Assembly (NCBI GenBank): GCA_965112735.1
Contig: OZ218963.1
Location: 1,550,001 to 1,614,000, forward strand
DNA length: 64,000 nt
Direction: 5' to 3'
DNA from: Phaeosaccion multiseriatum
Lineage: Eukaryota > Protista > Ochrophyta, other classes
In this document: positions 1 through 9,992 of the stretch, in pieces
Layout: the number at the start of each line of letters is the position of its first letter
Position numbering within the stretch: position 1 is the first letter of the stretch
Position numbers and translations under genes: made by a program
Notes under the pieces: model-generated
What the model saw: the letters and a program-made list of their open reading frames with translations, nothing else
What the model was told of the DNA's origin: nothing
Databases searched by the model: none

Positions 1-1049
1 GCACACGGTTTGGACCATCTGCTCCAATTGCTTGAAGCGACCTCCAAAGAGCTCACTGTCCGCCCTGCGTGCATCCTCCATCAATGTCTCTCGGATGTTT
101 CCCTCGCGGGTCGTGCTGTGCTTGACCGGATGCGAGATGTTTGTGTAGTCGAGCACTTGCAGCCTATCCAACAGCGTGGTCATGAGGTGCGACGGGAAGC
201 TCCACAGCTCGAAGAGTCCCGTCATGGAGCTATTGAAGGCGACATTGTCTGTAATCTTGTGCATGCAATAGGCGTACATTTCGTGGGCCTTGGAGCATAT
301 CTCGAGCGTAGAAAGCCACATGAAGCGTTCGAACGCCTCAAACCTAATCATTTCCGCCACCACCGCATCGTGCGTGCGGTTGGTATGGAGCATTCTGGTG
401 AGATACTCAGCGTATGACTCCTCCTCTAGTGTAGGCTCGACTGATTGGCACCACCTCGCGAAGTCCTCGTTGTTCGCGTCTGGGCAGCCAGCATTCTTCG
501 ATGGTCCGAGCTGGCCGACGCTAAAGTGCGTGGGAGGAAGAATCGCGCATTTCGTCAGTGCCTCGCCATTAATGCAATTTCTGCTATAGTTATATCTTGT
601 CGGGAGTGGTCTCTCCGTCCAATACGCCTCCTCTCCTGCAGCGTGATAAAGGACGCCTGCGGACAGCGTAGGGCAAGGTGCAAGGTTTAGTATAGGAGGA
701 GCACCTACCTACTAGACTTGTCCCCCCCCCCCCTTCTTCTTATGCACTCACCACTGAGGATGGCCTGGAAGGGGTCCCGGATGAAGTGGCCGACAGCGAG
801 CGAGTCGAGATCGGAAGGAAAGTGCTGCCGCCCACATGGCCCTGACCTCCGTGGGCCCTCCCAGGTTTCAGCAACCATACGCGCCGTGCTGATAGCGTGT
901 TTGGAGAGAACGAAGCCTGTCTTGTGATGGGCACAGACAATGGGCTCCAAGCCGACTGAGTTGTCCACAGCGGCGGACACGAGCATGATCTTCGGCACGC
1001 TCATTGCAAGCACCGCTGCGAGCATGAACGTCATCCACAGTGCCATCAT
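1..1049 (-). CDS. Sulfotransferase-like (P-loop fold) secreted or membrane-anchored protein; 2 exons (1049-752, 656 to <1), runs off the window edge
   Basis: Hydrophobic N-terminus, HHKTG and HFIRDP motifs. A GT-AG intron at 751-657 joins ILSG to VLYH and the frame stays open to position 1. Confidence 0.65.
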
Positions 1050-1134
1050 CCCGGTTTTATTTCAACAAGGGGTACTAATTAGAAAAGAAAAGTAATCGGT
1101 GGAAAAAAATCGGTGGAAAAAAGGGGGGGGGGTA

Positions 1135-1239
1135 AAAAAAATACGCTTTATTCACAAGCGACAGCCAGGATTCGAACTCGCAATAGTCTTGTTAGAAGTC
1201 GTACTTTTGCTAGACTGATACCTCCCGACTATTCTAACA
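1135..1239. mobile_element. Degenerate copy of palindromic-repeat element family P1 (part of internal region plus internally deleted repeat at 1190-1239)
   Basis: TGTTAGAAGTCGTACTTTTGCTAGACTGATACCT at 1190, ending TTCTAACA at 1239. Upstream ~55 bp resembles the internal segment at 38570-38620. Confidence 0.8.
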
Positions 1240-1471
1240 GGCGGCCTAAGACTTAGGCGGGGGCCGGAGGCCCGCGGCCTAGGGCAGGAGACGCCAACTA
1301 GGCGCAGGTCCAGGGCGGGAATATGCTCATATGCCCCTGGGCTGGCCCGGAACCCGCCCGTGTCTTCCCTTTCCTTTTTTTTTTTTAACACTCGATTTCG
1401 TAAGGATCGCCCAAATCGCCCGATTTCCCCCCCAATTTTTTTTGGCACATACTCGACCCCTGACACGCTAT

Positions 1472-1696
1472 TGTAAAGAGTCACGTTCCTCTCCACCTAG
1501 GATAGGAGTAGCCGCATGGACAAGGTAACAGCAACCCCAAAGCCAGCCTGGCAGCCAGCCTTGTCTCTATTAGCTTTATCCGTGAGCCATCCTAAACGAC
1601 CAACCTGCTGGGAGGTGAGTGAGAAACGGGCCACGCACCGTTTCTCACCGTATTTGCCTGGGCCTGGGCCATTTGGCATAATACTGACTTTCAACA
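1472..1696 (-). mobile_element. Solo LTR (Gypsy-type) with 4-bp TSD CTAT
   Basis: TGT...ACA ends, CTAT at 1468-1471 and 1697-1700. The reverse complement aligns with the LTR-like segment at 29713-29929. Confidence 0.85.
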
Positions 1697-1792
1697 CTAT
1701 CCACTATCCGCTATAGCCGGCGCGCTAAGTAAAACGACATGCGCACGACCGACATGCGCTGTCGTGTAAAACGACGTACGCACAACCGACAT

Positions 1793-2010
1793 GCCATCAC
1801 AAAAACGAAAACCCTTAAATAGGCCAAATTGGGGCTAAATTAAGGGCTTAATTAAGGATCCGATTGGCAGCTTAATTTCAGCTTATGTGGGAGACCTTTA
1901 GGCCTTAAATAAGCCCGCCTGGTTCTGCTTATTTAACACCTTATTTAAGCCCGCCTTATTTAACATCTTATTTAAGCCAGCCTAATTCAATTAATTAAAA
2001 CAAATAAAAT
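1793..2010. repeat. AT-rich dispersed repeat (probable DNA-transposon end)
   Basis: Starts GCCATCACAAAAACGAA like 29932 and is followed by reiterated TTAAAT/TAAGG/GGCC motifs in both copies. Confidence 0.5.
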
Positions 2011-2238
2011 ATCACAGTAATAACCACAATGAGGGGAAATCATATTTTAATTATCTCGTATGTAATTGTATCTCGGACGTGCTAAAAAAATAGAGGCCGC
2101 AACGCTTGGGCGCGGAGTGATTGGGCACAACTACACTGCTACGCTGCGTGCTCCACCTCTAGCCGACCCGGCCTCCTTGTCCTATTCAGCCTGCTTCTCG
2201 GCGTCCAAGGTGCCTTTGATGAGCTTGGAGACCACCTG

Positions 2239-2773
2239 TGTTACGATATAAGGCATCCCAATATGCCTTCAGTATTATCCAAACGTTTGGATAATACTGA
2301 AGGCATATTGGGATGCCTTATATCGTAACAAAAGGTGGGTTCCTTGAGCCCTACACCTTCGCACCGGGGGGTTGGCGCTACCGACACGTTCGTCCCTAAA
2401 TACTGTCCCTTTGTTTATCCCACCAGTTTTCACGTGCTTTTTTCAACAGGGTACGACCCTCTGGTATCTCCTTGGGAACCCCCCTCGGGAAACATCATAT
2501 TATTTTTTCCTCTTTCCTCAGGTAGGACTCGAACCCCTCTTTTGTTACGATATAAGGCATCCCAATATGCCTTCAGTATTATCCAAACGGCGTTTGGATA
2601 ATACTGAAGGCATATTGGGATGCCTTATATCGTAACAAAAGGTGGGTTCCTTGAGCCCTACACCTTCGCACCGGGGGGTTGGCGCTACCGACACGTTCGT
2701 CCCTAAATACTGTCCCTTTGTTTATACGTTTGGATAATACTGAAGGCATATTGGGATGCCATATATCGTAACA
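2239..2773. mobile_element. Palindromic-repeat element family P2, tandem array P-X-P-partial X-half P
   Basis: Perfect 92-bp palindrome at 2239-2330, internal segment 2331-2542, second palindrome 2543-2637, repeat of the internal start 2638-2724, half palindrome to 2773. No TSD visible. Confidence 0.85.
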
Positions 2774-2916
2774 CCAACCCACCTGCATGACATGACGAGC
2801 GGCGTGATGTGATGCCTCTCCTGCAGATGCTGCTGCTGCTGCTGCTGCTGTCTCGGCGCTGCCTCTGCGGAGCTTTGAGCCGGAGGGACGGAGGGGGGAG
2901 GGAGAGAGGGAGCGCA

Positions 2917-3666
2917 TCAATTCCTACGGGCATCTTCTGCTTTTCTCCTATGCCTCTCTTCCCATGCTTCTCTTCTATGCTCCCTCCCCTCCCCAAAGGA
3001 CTCTCTCTCTCTCTCTCTCAGCCACCCACCCACCTGCATGACGAGCTGCGTGACGCGATGCCTCTCCTGCAGACGCCTGCCCTCCCTTGGCGCCAGCCGC
3101 AGCTGTTCCTCTCCTCCTGAGCTATCTGCCGGTGTCCCTCTTGCTGATGCTTCCTTGGTGCAAGCAGCAGCTGCTTCGGCGCGTGGGAGGGCCGGAGAAG
3201 ACGTCTTTGCTGGTGCTACAGATGGTAGTGGAGAGCCCAGAACTGTGCCCTCTCTCTCCTCAAAGCTGCCTGGAACTACAAATCCCATCTTGGCCCAATT
3301 ACCCCGATTTCTGTCGACCGTTTCCTGGCGTACAGGACCTGGCTTTGCACTTCCCTTCGCGCTCTTGCTCCCTGTGGGTCCTCCTCGCCCTCTCTTTACT
3401 GGCCCAGCAGCCTTCTTTGCTGGCGCTGCAGCTCCATCCAACTTGGCGGAAGTGTCCTTGCTCCCTCGGGGACGTCCTCGCCCCCTCTCTTTCTTCGCAG
3501 GAGGAACTGTAGGAAAAGCAGCAGCAGGAGCAGCAGCTACAGCAGCAGCAAAAATGGCAGTGCGTGCGATGTAGGGGTTAATAGACCCCCGTGCTGCTGC
3601 TTCGAATATCGTGCTAATAGGGCTGGCCCGAAGGGCCAGCCAATTAAATTCAAATTCCCCCACCAC
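2917..3666 (-). CDS. AT-hook-containing ORF fragment, function unknown
   Basis: RGRGRPRGS and KRGRGGP motifs in an Ala/Lys-rich ORF. No other support. Confidence 0.35.
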   Translation of the reverse strand: MVGEFEFNWLALRASPISTIFEAAARGSINPYIARTAIFAAAVAAAPAAAFPTVPPAKKERGRGRPRGSKDTSAKLDGAAAPAKKAAGPVKRGRGGPTGSKSAKGSAKPGPVRQETVDRNRGNWAKMGFVVPGSFEEREGTVLGSPLPSVAPAKTSSPALPRAEAAAACTKEASARGTPADSSGGEEQLRLAPREGRRLQERHRVTQLVMQVGGWLRERERESFGEGREHRREAWEERHRRKAEDARRN

Positions 3667-3720
3667 AACTGGCGACTGGCTAGTGGATTACAACAAGCGA
3701 AGAGACTTTGCCCCCCTTTT

Positions 3721-5828
3721 TTGGCCCTGTATTGGCCTTTCTATGGCTTAGAAGCTGCGAATGAACTGCAGAATACACACTCACAGGGCCCACCATACAT
3801 CTTGCTGGCGGACTGGGTCTCTGGAATGAGCTCGCCATTGCGATTGCGCTTCCAGGTCCGCTTGTCGGTATGCAGCAAGTCTTCTCCTTCCCTGTGTGCA
3901 CGCTCACGCCACCCCTCCCAACCTCCTGCTAATGCCCACACTTCTCGCACATCTTACAGGCCCTATCAACCGCCGCAACAACCACCAGAACCTCCTCAAT
4001 GCACTCAGAGGCAACCTCGGGCCGCTCAGCACTGGCGACAACACCAAGGGACATTCGACATGGGCCCAACCCAGCAGCAGACACAAGAGACGACGATGCT
4101 TCAGCAGCCCAGTGAGCGAAGAGGGTCTTGTCAGGATACGTTTGGATAATACTGATGGCACATCAGACGCCATATATCCTGACAAAAGGTGAGCTCTGGG
4201 AGTCCTACCTTCACATCGAGGGGGTGGATGCTACCAACACGTTCGCTCCTAAATACTGTCCCCATGCCCATACCATTTTTCTAGTTGTTTCACACTTAGG
4301 GTACCACCCTAATCTGGTATCTTTCACGGGCTCCCCCTCCCGGGAATATCTTTTGCCTCTATGGCGCTGGTAGGACTCGAACCCACATTTTGTCAGGATA
4401 TATGGCGTCTGATGTGCCATCAGTATTATCCAAACGTTTAGGTCTCCCCTTCACGGACACCGCAGCGACAGTGGCAGCTCATCATCCAGCAGAGCCGTCC
4501 GTGACAGTCACGCTTGTAGAGGACGGCAGTCGAGGGATGAGCAGCACTCTCTGCCTCAGCTTCAGCATACAGAGAGCTCTCAATCGCGACAGCAAGAAAG
4601 GAAGGAGCAAGAACAGAAGCGTCGTAGACTGCTGGAAATGGTGCTGCAGCTGAGGGAAGACGCTGTGAAGCGCCTTGACTCCATGAAGAGGATACTGCAA
4701 ACACCAGTCAACCACCAGCAACTCTCTCCCCACCGGCAGTCCTCTCCTCCTTCTCAGCGTATGGAGCGGACTCCTTCACCACCACGAGGACGTACTCAGC
4801 AGCGCTCGTCTACAATGTCGCGGCAGCAGCATCAGCAACCTCAGCGCTCGTCTACAACGTCGCGGCAGCAGCAGCATCAGCAGCAGCAGAGACTGGAGAG
4901 TGGGGGGAAGCTCGAGGTACTGGAGGAGGAGAAACAGCGGCTGCAGGTGGAGAAGGAGACACAGCGGCTGCAGGTGGAGAAGGAGAAACGGCGGCTGCAG
5001 GAGGAGGAGGAGAAGGTGAGACAGCAGCAACAGCGCTCACAGCGCCAACAACAAAAGCTGACCAGTGGCGGGCCACAGCAGCACCCGCAGCCCTGTCAGG
5101 AGCAGCTGCTGCAGCGGGAACAACAGTACCATCGGCAAGAGCGAGCACCGCAACAGCAGAGATTGGAGCAAGACCAGAAACGTGAGGGACAGCTCGAGGT
5201 GCAGGAGAAGCGGGAGCAGCTGCTATTGGAGCAAGAGATAGTGAAGGAAGAGCAGCTGCAGCTGGGGGGAAAGCTGGAGAAGGCGGAGAGAGTGAAGGAA
5301 GAGCAGTTGCAACTGGGGGGAAAGGAGGAGAAGACACTTGATCAGCAGCAACTGCATGAGGATGAGACGCAGAAGAAGCAGAGGCAGCTGCTGGTGAAGG
5401 AGGAGCCTCTGCAACTGCAAGAAGAAGGGAAGGATGAGGAGCTAAAGTTGCGATTGGGGAAGGAGGAGTCAACACTGCAGTTGTCTCCACAGGTGGTGCT
5501 GCAGAAGCGCGAGATTGAGCTGCAGGCCTCTCTACAGCAGGATGTGGAGGAAGAGGAGGGCAAGGGAAGCTCCGCTGAGTGGGAGGAGCTTCATTTGTCT
5601 TTGGGCCTGCCGATGGTGGACGCGAACGGGCCTCAGCGCTTAGGTCAGCTGTACCCTGGGCGGATGGCACCAGTTGGCATTGGTACCGGGAGGTTATCAC
5701 CCTTCAGTCATTGGCAGCTTAGTACTGACAGCTTTTGCGGCAGTACTTGTGGATCTTGGATGGGCATGCAAGGGCGCGGAAGATCATGGAGAGAGATGGC
5801 AGCAAAGAGCGGTATGGGGAATGACTGA
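3721..5828 (+). pseudogene. Long Gln/Glu-rich ORF interrupted by a P2 element; probably an accessory or 3' ORF of an LTR retroelement
   Basis: Removing 4129-4445 joins ORF 3721 (…ERRGS) in frame through PLHGHRSD… to ORF 4638-5828. A PPT and LTR follow at 6593-6905. Confidence 0.6.
4129..4440. mobile_element. Palindromic-repeat element family P2 (subfamily b), P-X-P with arm deletions, TSD GGTCT
   Basis: GGTCT at 4124-4128 and 4441-4445. Arms at 4139-4184 and 4391-4436 are inverted copies. The internal region is homologous to 2331-2542. Confidence 0.85.
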
Positions 5829-6604
5829 GAGGGGGATGGCGGAGAAGAGGGAGGGGCAGCTGATGATGGTAATGGTGTGCCTCTTCCGCATACTGTGTCT
5901 CTTGTCTCACAGCTGACAAGGGAGAGACAATACCAGCGGGGAGTGGTCGTGTTGGTACGAGGTTCGGTGTGGGGGGATGCTTGGGCGACGCGGGCTTGGC
6001 CTTGTCTGGTGGTGCATGTGCAGCCTGATCGTTCGCTTGAGCTTGTCCCTCTGGATTTTCGTGTAGGGCTCACAGGACGTGAGGCTCTGCAGCATCTGGA
6101 GGGTGTGTTTCGTGGGTACCCTCGGCGGAATGGGCGGTTTACGGCAGATCAGAAATGGTTCATCAATCAGCGACTCATTTCAATTCGACCGCTTGACTCC
6201 GCCGATGTGGTGGGCTGTGACCCCGAGTTTGGAGGAGAGCAGCTGTGGACCTAGCATGCTCGCGATTGGAGGGAGACGCGAGAGGCTGGGGCCTCTCTAA
6301 CATGGCGGCGCTCATCTGCACGCGAGGATGAGTGTTGGTGACTAGTAGAACCTTCTAGTGAGTAGGTTTTTACGACTGTAGCTGCGGGCGCGTGCTAGAG
6401 GTGTTGGTTGCTCTCTGGGTATTGGGGTTGTTTACTACTTAGTATTTCATATAAACGGCCTTGGGTTGGCTGGCAATGTTTTCTTTTCATATAGACGACT
6501 GAGTGTGTCGGACTTGTTTGCTTTCATATATTTAGCACGTCAGTGTTACGTGTTGAGCCTTTGACTGGTTGCCTCCACACAGAGTGTCTCGGCAAGGGGG
6601 GATC

Positions 6605-6905
6605 TGTGGTGGAGGTGGGACAGGCTCAATTACGTATTATTAGGTAGGCAGGGTAGTAAGTCAATGATGTGGGAGTGGGACGCGGCCTTTTTTAGGGCCT
6701 GGTTGGCCCCTCGGCACTCCTGAACCCGTATAGACCAAGTGGGTAGCTCTCCTATAAAACAAGAAAGCTTAGGGTGGGATAGTCTCTATTATTAAAATAC
6801 TTGGTGCCAGGATTGGTCTCTTCTCTCCCCTATTGAGATCGGAACAGCACGCTCAGCTTGGGGGTACCTTCCTCCTCTTAGGCAGAGGGAGGTAGCGGCC
6901 CCACA
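6605..6905 (+). mobile_element. Probable 3' LTR preceded by a polypurine tract
   Basis: AAGGGGGGA just upstream, TGTGG...CCACA termini, TATAAAA near 6753. No partner LTR in the window. Confidence 0.55.
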
Positions 6906-6981
6906 TCTGTCTGAAGTGCGCACGCTGGACTTGAGCACATTCCAAATTCCAGCTCCTCATCTAGTTGTTTTGATATTGCTC

Positions 6982-7884
6982 TCAGGCGCATGTTAAATCG
7001 ACGTTGGAATGTCTATCCTTCCACACCCCTTCTTCCAGCAACGGGTCGCAATGTTCCAGCCGGTAGACTTCGCCGGCCCACGCATGGTGGACGAATGAAA
7101 ACTCCACGCACTTGAAGCCATCACATCCCCAGCTGTTGCGCTCTTTGTGGAACAAAAGCATTCCGCTTCGATCCATGTCGCTAAAGAACTCTACATGCTG
7201 GTCGAAGTGCTTGCCGTGAACCTCAACTTGTACTTGCTGAATCTTGATTGCGTCACTGCCTCCCGCCAGGTCGGCAACCGATTTGAATACGCCGAACTCG
7301 CATCCTTCACAATCCACCTTTAGCACAGTAATCGTCCGACCCACGTGCCCAAGGTGCACCATAATTTCCTGGAGGCTGAGCAGTGTGCCATCGCCAAGCG
7401 TGCTGCCTGAGTGTTCTTTGTCTGCAAGCCCAATCAAATGGAAATGGTATCCATGCTCGGAAGCCAATGCATTTGCGGCAGCAAGGTCCACCGTCGGGTC
7501 GAAAGTGTGAACTTCACAGTTTGGAGCCAGCTGGAGTATACTCTTCTCAAAGTCATCTTGCAAGTGGGAACCCACCGAGTACACAAGACAGTCTTTCTGC
7601 TGCGAGAGGTACCTTGAGCCGCAGACGAATTTTCCACCATCCCCAACATCCCCTCCCACACGATCCTCCTCCCCACAGCCCCATTCGGGTTCCCAAGCAT
7701 CATAGCTTTTCTTCATGCTTCCTGTAAAGCGAGAGCTATGTTCGCTCAAAATTTGAAGCCTGCTGCAGTGCTTTTCGTGCCAAGCTTCGACTTTTTGGGC
7801 CCAGTGATCGAAGCAGAAGTCACCCCAATCGACGGCCAGAGCAGAGGTAAGGCACAAGGCCATGATTGCGATGAAACTCTTCAT
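6982..7884 (-). CDS. Methyltransferase, Methyltransf_22/METTL24-like, with signal peptide; intronless
   Basis: GDGGKFVC, CLVYSVGS, CEVHTFDP, LKVDCEGCEF and QVQVEVH motifs in a 300-aa ORF. Confidence 0.9.
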   Translation of the reverse strand: MKSFIAIMALCLTSALAVDWGDFCFDHWAQKVEAWHEKHCSRLQILSEHSSRFTGSMKKSYDAWEPEWGCGEEDRVGGDVGDGGKFVCGSRYLSQQKDCLVYSVGSHLQDDFEKSILQLAPNCEVHTFDPTVDLAAANALASEHGYHFHLIGLADKEHSGSTLGDGTLLSLQEIMVHLGHVGRTITVLKVDCEGCEFGVFKSVADLAGGSDAIKIQQVQVEVHGKHFDQHVEFFSDMDRSGMLLFHKERNSWGCDGFKCVEFSFVHHAWAGEVYRLEHCDPLLEEGVWKDRHSNVDLTCA

Positions 7885-8183
7885 TGGAATACAATTGTAC
7901 AGAAGCAGGGCCTTGGTAGCTTACGCCTTCATACAATCGAATCGTGTCCCTACAGGCCGGCCAAATTTGGAGCTCGGCCCCAAGGGGGCCGGCCCAATGG
8001 GTCTAAAAAATTCAGAATTACAATTTCCTTTTTTTTTCAGCGTTGCGCAATCATGAAATGATCATGATCCAGGATCATGATCCATGATCCATTTGGTCGT
8101 GATCGCATCGCATCATGGGTAGGATCAGGGGCAGGGGCCACCAGCAGGATCACATCATGGGTCGGATCAGGGGCAGGGGGCCA

Positions 8184-8228
8184 CAAGGGTACTTAAAGAA
8201 AACGACACGTTTTCTTTAAGTACCCTTG
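8184..8228. mobile_element. 45-bp hairpin micro-insertion with 7-8-bp TSD
   Basis: 21-bp perfect arms CAAGGGTACTTAAAGAAAACG around an ACA loop, flanked by (G)GGGGCCA direct repeats within an otherwise regular repeat unit. Confidence 0.7.
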
Positions 8229-8399
8229 GGGGCCACCAGCAGGATCACATCATGGATTGGATCACACCGAGGATTGAGAACATGATGCAGATCATGGATC
8301 ACGATCCAACCTTGATCCAACTGTGATCCAGTTCTAATCCATTAAATGTAACTGATCCTACTTTTTTTGTGGCTGTGTTCGATTATTCAAAGTGGATCG

Positions 8400-8865
8400 T
8401 ATGGTCGTGAGGGGGGGGCTTTGGACGTAGACGAGATTGAGGACCTTGATGTCATCGATAATTTGCTCTCTCTTGATGTGATGAAGGTGTACAAGCGTAT
8501 GGCGGAGAAGAAGGACGAGTACGGCTGGATTCCGGCGATGGCGAGGGCCCGCTTGGGCAGTGTCATGTGTTACCTCCCGGTCTGAATTCAGAGGGTAGGT
8601 ACCAGTCTAGCAAAAGTACGACTTCTAACACATGGCTGAAAGCTTTTGCGAGCGTGTACTCTCCTGCGCTAACAATGTTGTTACGGAAGGCAACACACTG
8701 CTCAACGCGAAGGAGGTGGAGATGGTGTGTGTGCTGCGCATGAACAGAGACTTTATGGAGTACATGAGGACAGAGTATCGGGCTGGGGACCCTGCGTGGA
8801 AGGCTAAGGTGTCGGGAGCTGATCGTAAGGCCAGGGACACAGAGTGTGAAGGAGATAAACAGTGA
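8400..8865 (+). pseudogene. hAT transposase C-terminal dimerisation-domain fragment, split by a solo P1 insertion
   Basis: WIPAMARARLGSVM|AESFCERVLSCANNVVTEGNTLL…EMVCVLRMN matches the hAT C-terminal pattern once 8568-8634 is removed. Confidence 0.7.
8568..8630. mobile_element. Solo P1 palindromic repeat (left arm internally deleted) with TSD CATG
   Basis: CATG at 8564-8567 and 8631-8634, TGTT...AACA ends. Excision restores the hAT reading frame. Confidence 0.9.
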
Positions 8866-9159
8866 ATATACTATGATCGCATCACATCACGTCACTAATG
8901 TATCGGATCACATGGGCGGGCGAGCAGATCATGACAAGATCATGCAGATCATGGATCACATCATGGATCGGATCAGGGGCAGGGGGCCACCAGCAGGATC
9001 ACATCATGGGTCGGATCAGGGGCAGGGGGCCACCAGCAGGATCACATCATGGATCGGATCATGCGTTGCTCACTCATGATCGGATCGGATCACACCTGTC
9101 ACTTTGGTGGATCACACACAGCAAAATCATGATCCATGGATCACATCATGGATCAGATC

Positions 9160-9570
9160 TGTGGAGGTATGCTCACAAATGGTCGTCAGTTCATAGTTTC
9201 AGTTTCTTCGTTCAGTTTCAGTTTCCTTTTAGTTCTTTCCAGCCATCTCCTAAAATATTACTCCATCTCTCGTCTTTCTTTTCTCACGAGTGCTCCACCT
9301 CTGGTGGGTAGCGACTGACCTCCTGCTATGTGCAGGTAGGGTCTATTGCTATTGGTAGTCATCCTTTCAGTGCACGACTCCACAATAACTAGTTATTACC
9401 GGATAGTATACATTTCATTTCATCAACGTCAGCGGCGACCAATGTCCGTCTCGCCACTACAACACCCGGTGGTAGGCTGTACACCACCCGCGGTAGGCTC
9501 TTCCAGCATCGAGGTCTACATCCAGCCTTTTTTCGCCGATCCCAGTCAGAGAGCGGCCGCAGTGGATCGA
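9160..9570 (+). mobile_element. 5' LTR (9160-9384) plus leader and gag start of LTR family B, truncated
   Basis: TGTGGAG...CTCCACA termini. Near-identical to the reverse complement of 33150-33554, diverging abruptly at ~9570. Confidence 0.9.
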
Positions 9571-9992
9571 GCACCAACACCCCCTTCGCCACCCGCGAGT
9601 CGTACGTACACCGACAACGACATCGACAACGATATCACCTATCCGTGCATCAACCGCCCGGATTCACCAAACTCAACCCCGAGCGCATCTTCTTATACGT
9701 ACTCGGACGGGGAACTCAACCGCGCACCGAGCGACAACGACAGTGACAACGACAGCGGAGTCGAGGAGGAGAAGGAGAGCGTGGAAGCCTAGACTTGAGT
9801 TGGCTCGGGATTAAAATCTCGTCCTTTCAGGTTTAGATCGAAACTGTACCCTTGAGAGTAGAGGCAACTGCCTTTAAAACCCTCAATACAGCTTCGTTTA
9901 TCCACTCTCACAAGACCCCGTCATCCTCCTTCACACGAAATACGGAAAACCCCTTGACATATTTCCTCCCGTTACGGAAATAGCGGAGAATT

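Larger units (their letters stand above)
8038..9159 (+). mobile_element. Non-autonomous hAT-like transposon remnant with GATCAT/GGATCAC subterminal repeats
   Basis: CAGCGTTGCGCAA terminus-like sequence at 8038. Dense GATC-containing repeats at 8050-8360 and 8870-9159 flank a hAT dimerisation-domain fragment. Right end cut by the LTR at 9160. Confidence 0.6.

Noticed and set aside
4362-4430. Functional tRNA gene
   Set aside because: T-arm and CCA are present but there is no convincing anticodon arm or full acceptor stem. Treated as tRNA-derived promoter sequence.
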